Positions 52,331 through 64,000 of a DNA stretch of 64,000 nucleotides are shown here, in pieces. The stretch is taken from NCBI RefSeq assembly GCF_009914755.1, contig NC_060931.1, one strand, 5' to 3'. Position numbers and translations under genes: made by a program. The stretch comes from the human T2T-CHM13v2.0 reference genome, Homo sapiens. The notes beneath the pieces were generated by a model that had not been told where the DNA came from, did not search any database, and was given only the letters and a program-made list of their open reading frames with translations. How positions within the stretch are numbered: the stretch's first letter is position 1; the number at the start of each line of letters is the position of its first letter.

Positions 52331-55300
52331 CGATGTGGGACAGGGACAGACTGATAGCTGCAGCCCAGGGCCAGGAGGTGTGTTCATTTGCTCAAGCAAT
52401 GAAACCACATCTGGCACAGCAGCTGCAATTGGAGTCACCACTCCATTAAGCTTATAATAATTCACTGTTATTGTCTAAGATCCAACTGTCTTCTGCACAG
52501 GCCAAATAGCAGAGTTCAGTGGGGATGTGGTGAGAATCACCACTCCTGCATCTTTCAAGTCCTTGATGGTGGCACTAATTTCTGCCATCTCTCTGGGATT
52601 GCAATATGGCTTCTGAACTGATCAATGACAGTTCAGAGCCAGTGCCCTGTAGTTCCTGAAAGGTCTGATTACTTCCTTTCCCTCAATCCACAATTGCCCC
52701 AGTGAAAGCCTCTAGGTCCCTTTGGAGAACACTGGTAGAAATATTTTCAACAGTGTACTGGGGCCCTTTCTCAAGGGGGCCCAGCCCCTCCTTCATTCAA
52801 GGGGTTCTGGGTCTGTAAACTGGCTTAAGTCTGAGAATTGATTGAGGTGCCAAGACTCTGTTTTTGTGATTCAAATTAGATTTTTGTTCACTTGTCCTTG
52901 AACTTTCCTGCTTATACAAGTCAATAACAATTTAGTAGGCTTCCTATCAGTTTCACTTCTAGGAATGTCATGATCAAGTAGCCAACGTCATAGATCCACA
53001 GGAGTCTGACTATTCTGAGTGCTGCCTTGGCTCTGCTGTCCATTAGAGTAGCTGTACCTACCTTGCCTTTGTTGGTTGAGTGCCTCCACTTGGTCCCTGC
53101 CACCCTTGGACTCTCATTATTTCCATTGCATTTATGTTTCCCAGTTCAGCAGCTGCAGTTCCCACTGTACGGTCTGGCCTACAGAGAAGAGCAATGCCAG
53201 AGCTCTTCTAGTATGCTGAGGCTCCCCTCATAAATGTATTCCTTATGGTCAAGGTGCAAGATAATGCCCTTTGGACCTGCCCATGGTGGGTAAGAAAGTC
53301 TTAAATGACAAATTCCCTCTAACATTCTAGTGTCCCTAAGCCTTTGAGTTCATTTCTACTGTAAATCAATGCAGATCTTGCAGTTCAAGATCTTTTGGTC
53401 TATGCTACCTTTTGGTCTATGTTTCAGCCAATTAACTAAATAAACTGTTGGAGCTGTTTCTAGCTTCTTGAATTGCAACCTTAAACACAGAATCTCTGCT
53501 TAGTAAGCCTATATCAATAAATTCAGTCTGATCCAACTTTTTGTTCCTTTCACTATTACCCCATACCTCTAATATCAATTCCCACACATGTTCCCTGGAT
53601 TTCTATCTACATATATTAGAAAACTCAAGTAGTTCTTTCGGAATGTGGTGCGCCTCCTCATGGGTTACATATTGTACCTCACTTTTAGGGGTCTTATGGG
53701 ACCTGGTCTAGAACCAAAGAAGAATGGTAGGGGTAAGTCCTGAGGAGAAGCAATATTGTCTTGCATGGCAACTGCCTCAGGGGAGGCCATTACAGTATCC
53801 TCGGGCAATACAAAGTTAATCCCCTCAGATGGGGGTGGACAGCCTGCTTCTACTGGAAAAGAAAACTCAGCAGAAATTAGTGTCTCAATTCTCCACCTTC
53901 ACCAGGGTCTTCCCATACATATCTATTCCAACTTTCAGGATCCCATTCTTTCCCTATCAATGCCCTCACTTTAACAGAAAGCACTGTTAAAGTGGAGGCT
54001 GGGAATTCAATTTTTGTTGTAAGTCAGTCACTCACAGGGTTTCATTTTTACCAATTCTAGTCTTGGAGCTACAGGAGACAAGGGACTTCTTCAGAGTAGA
54101 TATCTAAGCTTTCAGGTCATTTATATAGGCTTGAGCTGGGAATTTGAATGCCTGAGCTCATCCTTTCCTTTCCCCACTTTATCCAGCTTAATTAGAAACA
54201 ACCAGCTAATGTCATTATGCTTGTTAGTTAGACAAAAATGTTTGACGATACTATATACATAGTCACCCAGATCCTTGCCTCTTACAAGTATTTGAGAATA
54301 TCCAGTGGTAATATTTTGCATATCTCTGCTGCAACATTATGCTGTGGACTATCAGTATTCTCTTTGTTACTGGAAATAGAGTTATTAGTGTCTTTAAATA
54401 TAATCAAAACAGGTAGCCAATTCCAGAAATCCCAGAACCAGTTCAGAAAACTGACCCTTAAGATTGAGTTCCTGCAAATACCATTATTTCATTCCTTTTT
54501 GTTGTTGAGCAGTATTTCATGCATACATATACCACATTTTCTTTATCTACTCATTGACTGAAGTGCTGTAAACTCAGCACTCAGACTCATCATTTGGGCT
54601 GGTTCCATATTTTTGCAATTGTGAATTGTGCTGCTATAACTTAGATGAAATTGGAGAACATTATTATAAGTGAAGTAACTCAGGAATGGAAAACCAAATA
54701 TTGTATGTTCTCACTTATAAGTGGGAGCTAAGCTATGAGGACATAAAGGCATAAGAATGATATAATGGACTTTGGGAACTTAGGGGAAAGGGAAGGAGGG
54801 GAGCGAGGGATAAAAGACTACACATTGGGTACAGGGTACACTGCTCAGGTGATGGGTGCACCAAAATCTCAGAAATCACTACTAAAGAACTTATTCATGT
54901 AAACAAACACCATCTGTTCCCCAAAAATCTATTGAAATAATAAATAAATAAATAAGTAAATAAATAAATAAATAAATACTTTGAAATCTAAAAAAAAGAT
55001 TGAGTTCCTTTAGAACCACTCCAGGTACTAAAATCTGTATTAGTCAGGATTTTCTGGAGAAACTGAACCAATGAGATGTGGATATAGAGAGATTTATTTT
55101 AAAGAATTGGCTCATGCAATTATGGAGCTGGGAAGTCCAAAATCTACAGGGTAAATCAGCAGGCTGGAGACCTAGCAGGCAGCCACTGCTGTGGTTAGAA
55201 TGCAAAGGCAGTTTGCCAGCAGAATTCCTTCTTGCTTGGTCAGTCTTTTGTTCTATTTAGGACTCCAATTGATTGGATGATGCCCATCCCCATTATGGAG

Positions 55301-55442
55301 GGCTATCTGTCTTACTCAAAATCCACCAATCTGAATGTTACCCTCATCCAAGAACACCCTCACAGAAACATCCAGAATAACGTTTGACCCCATTTTTGTC
55401 ATTGTGGTGCAACCAAGTTGACACATAAAATTAACTATCACA
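52331..55442 (-). mobile_element. Truncated HERV-L provirus: MLT2 5' LTR 55036-55442, PBS region, degenerate gag/pro and N-terminal RT
   Basis: MLT2 signature; gattttagtacctggagtggttcta follows the LTR on the minus strand; ORF 52226..52465 reads YKLNGVVTPIAAAVPDVVSLLEQ, an ERV-L RT motif. Confidence 0.88.
54474..54995 (+). mobile_element. 5'-truncated, 5'-inverted L1 (L1PB-like 3' end) inserted into HERV-L
   Basis: 14-bp TSD aagattgagttcct at 54460-54473 and 54996-55009; TT/AAGA endonuclease site; inverted part ~54474-54640, direct part ~54641-54995 with an A-rich tail. Confidence 0.88.
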
Positions 55443-57240
55443 ACCAGTTATAATTTCTACTAAATAAATACAATTGATATGTAAGAGAGGACAGAAAATT
55501 AAATTATGTGAAATGCTCAATTAAAACCATAGTAGAAAAAGAGGAGGAAAAATAAACAAATAATAATTCAATGAGTAGAAGACATTTACAAATGTGGCTG
55601 GCTTTAACAAAATATATCAGCACTCCCTTTAAACATACTAGATGTCCCAACGAAAATAAAGAGGTTGTCAGTATGCTTTAGAAAATGAAAAACAAAATCA
55701 ACATATATATTGTTCATAAGATTCCTACTTAAAATATAATGACGCTATAGGTTAAGAGCAAAGAGATGGAGAAATATATATCACCCTAACTCTAATTACA
55801 ACAGTAGAATTAGCTAGGTTAATTACAAAGAAAACTTCAGAACAAAGACAATTATCAGCATTAAAGAGGGGCATTACATAATGAAACAGATGTCAATTAT
55901 CCAAAAGACACAATCGCCCTTAATGTGTGTGTGTCTAATGACAGAACATCAAAATATGTGAGGCTAAAACAAGTAGAACTGCAAGAAGAAATAGATAAAT
56001 CTGCTACCATAGTTGGAGACTTCAACACCCTTCTATCAAAAATGGACAGATCTAGCAGGCAGAAAATCAGTAAGGGCATTGTTGAACTCAACAGCATCAT
56101 CAATCGAGGATATAATGAACATCTTTGGATGACTTAATCCAACAACAGTAGAATACACATTCTTCTCGAGATTGCGTGGAATAGTCATCAAGATAGAGCA
56201 CATCCTGGGCCATAAAACACATCTCAACACATTTAAAAAAATAGAAATAATACAATGTCTGCTCTCAGATCACAATGGAATTAAACTAGAAATCAGTAAC
56301 AGAAAGATAGCTAGAAAATCACAAAATATTTGGAGATTAAACAATACATTTTTAACTAACACATGGGTTAAAAAAAGAAGTCTCAAGGGAAATTAAAAAC
56401 TATTTTTAGCTAAATGAAAATTAAAATACAATTTATCAAAACCTGTGGGATGCAGCTGAAGTAGTGCTTACAGGGAAATTTATAGCATTAAATACAGATA
56501 GAAATTATTAAGAAAGGTCTAAAATAAATCATTTAAACCTCCACCTTAGGAAACTAGAGAATGAAGAGCAATTTAAGCCTAAGGCATGCATAAAGAATGA
56601 AATAAAGCAAACACCAATAAAATCCAAACTGGGAAAACAATATAGAAAATCAATGAAACCAAATATGGTTATTTGAAGACATTAATGAAATTGATAAACC
56701 AGTAGCTAGACTAACCAAGAAAAATAAAAGGCACATTTTACCTACATCAGAAATAAAAGAGAGGCCATCAGTTCTAGTAACATGAGCATTAGAAGGATAA
56801 TAAAGAAACACTATGAAAACCTTACACCCACAAATTTGATAACATAGATGTAATGGACTAATTCCTTGAGAACACAAACTACCAAAACTCACACAAGGAG
56901 AAATAAATAACTAAATAGAATGATACTTATTAAAAATTAAATCAATAATTAGCCTTCCAAAAATAAAGCATTAACCCCAGATTGTTTCACTGGTGAATTC
57001 TACCGAACATTTAAGGGAGAAATGACACCAACGCTCCACAATCTCTTTCTCAAAATAGATACAAATTAACACTTAACTCATTGTATGAGGTCAGTATTAT
57101 CTTGATACGAAAACCAGATAGAGACATTAAAAGAAATGAAAACTACAGATCAATATCTCTCATCAACATAGATGCAAAAATTCTGAGAAAATGTTATCTA
57201 ATCATATCCAACAATGTATAAAAAGAATACTATATCACCA
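55443..57240 (+). mobile_element. Degenerate L1M ORF2 fragment (endonuclease region)
   Basis: Translations IVGDFNTLLSKMDRSSRQKI and IEHILGHK...SDHNGIKLEI are L1 ORF2 endonuclease motifs; the frame is broken. Confidence 0.9.
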
Positions 57241-59559
57241 AGATATAATGCTAAGATCCAGGTTATAGTAAGATTGCTGGTAGTTTTACATTGGTTCTGC
57301 AGTGGAAAAACAACAGGCTGAAAAACATTCAGATTTTAGCTTTGGTTGTGTAGGAGCATTAGGGCTGTGGTGGCATTTCCTCTTTCTTCTCTTTTCTTCC
57401 TTGTCTCCCTCTCTTCCTTCCTTCTATAAAAATTATCTTTTAGTTACAGTACTCTTATATGAGAAAAATACATTTACAGTAGAAATAGAAAAGAAAGAAT
57501 TTCTCATAGACCATCATTACATAGATATCGAATATGTGTATTTATATATGATATTTAAAAATGTCATGACAAGAAGAAAGAAAAGCTTTAGAAAATAAAA
57601 TTAATTTCATAAGTCTTGTTATATTGTACTTAAGAATACTGGACTAAATGTTTAAAAAATCATAATGACACTCAGAGACTCATGTTAACAATTTTCCTTA
57701 AGGCCCTTGGTTGAAAGCTTTAGACTCTATTGAGGCTACGTTGAAAACCATTGCTCTACTTCCCTTAATAATTCTTTGGCTTCCCAAGGAAGCATGTGCA
57801 CTCATACCTTGCCTTTCTCTTACTGCTTCTTTGGCCAGGACAGTAGATTTTGCACAACTCCAGGGGGCATCTTTCATGTTGTGTTCTAAGGGCTCCACAA
57901 TAGGGCATTCACAGGGACTACAATGTCAGTTGTGTCCCCAGCATAGTACAGGGGCTGAGTACCACCGCTGAGTAGGAAGGATGCTGTCAGCTTCAGTCCC
58001 TCCATCTGGAAGGGGCCTTGGAAAGAGAATGAAGAGATACTGGCTTGGTCTGAGAACAGTGACTTGGAGTTAGAGCCACTTTTCTAGACAAAATGGTTGG
58101 CCCTCCTTCATCTGGGTACTGTTGGTACAAAGGATTTCCACCAGAGATGTAAGACAAGAGGACAGAGCAGGATGCTCTGGGAGATCTAGGAGAAATAATA
58201 TAGACTGCCCCTGAGGCATCTTGGAAAATGTGGGAGCTTCTGTGAGTCACTGCCACCCTAGTCCAGAGATGATGGAGGACCAATATTTAGTCTGAAAGAT
58301 CTTGTTAGTGTCATTATTCAATTGTCCTGTTAGAATGGAATGAATGTCAGGAAATGCTTACAGGACACATACATTAGCTGAAATACTAAAAACAAACAAA
58401 CAAAAAACAAACAAAAAAACTCACTCTCTCCTTAAAAGAAGTGCTCCTTCACAGTGGGACATACTAACCCTCTCCTGCATAGGTGTTCTACTCTGGACTC
58501 TCAAAGCTTTCACCTAGCTTTCAGCACTCTTACCTCACTCTTACCTCAAATTTCTTTTTTCCCACATGATATTCTACATGGTCATTGTTCTCTTGAAACC
58601 CAGCTTGTCAAATCTGAACTCCTGGTCCCCTAACCAGCTTCTTCTCCAAATTTCCATACTTCATGTCTTCAGCACAACCCTTCTTCTGTGTGAGAAGATG
58701 TTGAAGTATGGTGTTGTTTTGCAAGACAGCAAGTAAGATGGACAGACATTGGCAAGCTTTTGGGCGAGGTAAACGTGTTCAAATCCAGAATTATCCACAC
58801 ATCATGGCTATAGAGAGAGTGAAAAATTATCCATGGTGCATCCCTGGCCTTAATGTTTCCTTGTAGTCTCCCTCTACTCTAAAACTGAGACAAAATCTTG
58901 CTGATTTTGCTCTTTAATGACTCTTACTTTGTCTTTTTATCCTCTGATTTGAACTCTTACCATGTCACAACTGGGCTGTTGCAGCAGTTCCTTCTTGGTT
59001 TGCCCTGTATTTACCCAATCTCGTTTATGCATGCATGCATGCATTCATTTAAAAATAATTAATGAACGTTATTCATGACATAGGTGCTAGGGAGGTGACA
59101 ACATCAAACAGAGAAGAATCTTTCTTCTAAAGGATTTGGTAGTTGTAGGGGAAGGAGGTGGGGAAGATAATAACAACAAAAGTAAGTCAAGTCCATTAAA
59201 ATATACTGAGATAGTGCTGGGGTTTTCAGAGGAGAGAGAGAAACTACTCTGTATGCAGTGGATAAGAGGGCTTCTCAGAGGAATGGCCTTCAGGCCATGA
59301 CTTTGAAGAATGGGCAGATAGGATGGCTCGCCTGAGCAAGATGGAGGAAGGACTAGTTTCAACAAAGGAAAATACAAGAACCAGAGAGTACATTGTGCAT
59401 GCTGGGTTTAGTAAGCTGTTTGGTGTAGTGAGAACACAGGGTATGTTTATGGGCATTAATGAGAGGTGAGGTGTGCTAGGAGTTTCCAGTGTGGGCTGTA
59501 AATGTCAGGCTCAGAGTTTTGATTTAGTTGGAAGGCAATGGGGAACTTTTAAGATTTGG

Positions 59560-64000
<4,441 letters not shown>

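Noticed and set aside
52226-53974. Coding-competent retroviral gag/pol
   Set aside because: Only short broken ORFs remain; the element is truncated within RT and lacks a 3' LTR.

Overview
Human (or very close great-ape) genomic DNA, recognisable as the 7p12-13 IGFBP1 locus. The + strand carries the complete four-exon IGFBP1 gene (CDS 46372-50810, 259 aa) with its well-known proximal promoter. It has Met rather than Ile at codon 253. About 15.5 kb upstream and divergently oriented is a spliced three-exon minus-strand gene that the ORF track only partly shows (30707-30724, 23751-24209, 20800-20886; 187 aa). I recognise it as the recently annotated, mechanistically uncharacterised CCDC201. Its Arg162 CGA codon matches the site of a stop-gain variant I recall being linked to primary ovarian insufficiency. 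Its product carries candidate PLK1 polo-box (PLKHSTP) and PP2A-B56 (LQNIEE) docking motifs, and a sense-oriented HERV-H solo LTR downstream could supply its poly(A) site. The rest is repeat-rich: an Alu-saturated first 13.4 kb with a U6/Alu chimera, MER41A, LTR7B-like, MLT1/MLT2 LTRs, a full-length MST MaLR, a HERV-L remnant interrupted by a twin-primed L1 with a templated-insertion scar, old L1/L2 pieces and several mini/microsatellites. Repeat subfamily calls are by eye from remembered consensus sequences and need RepeatMasker/Dfam confirmation.
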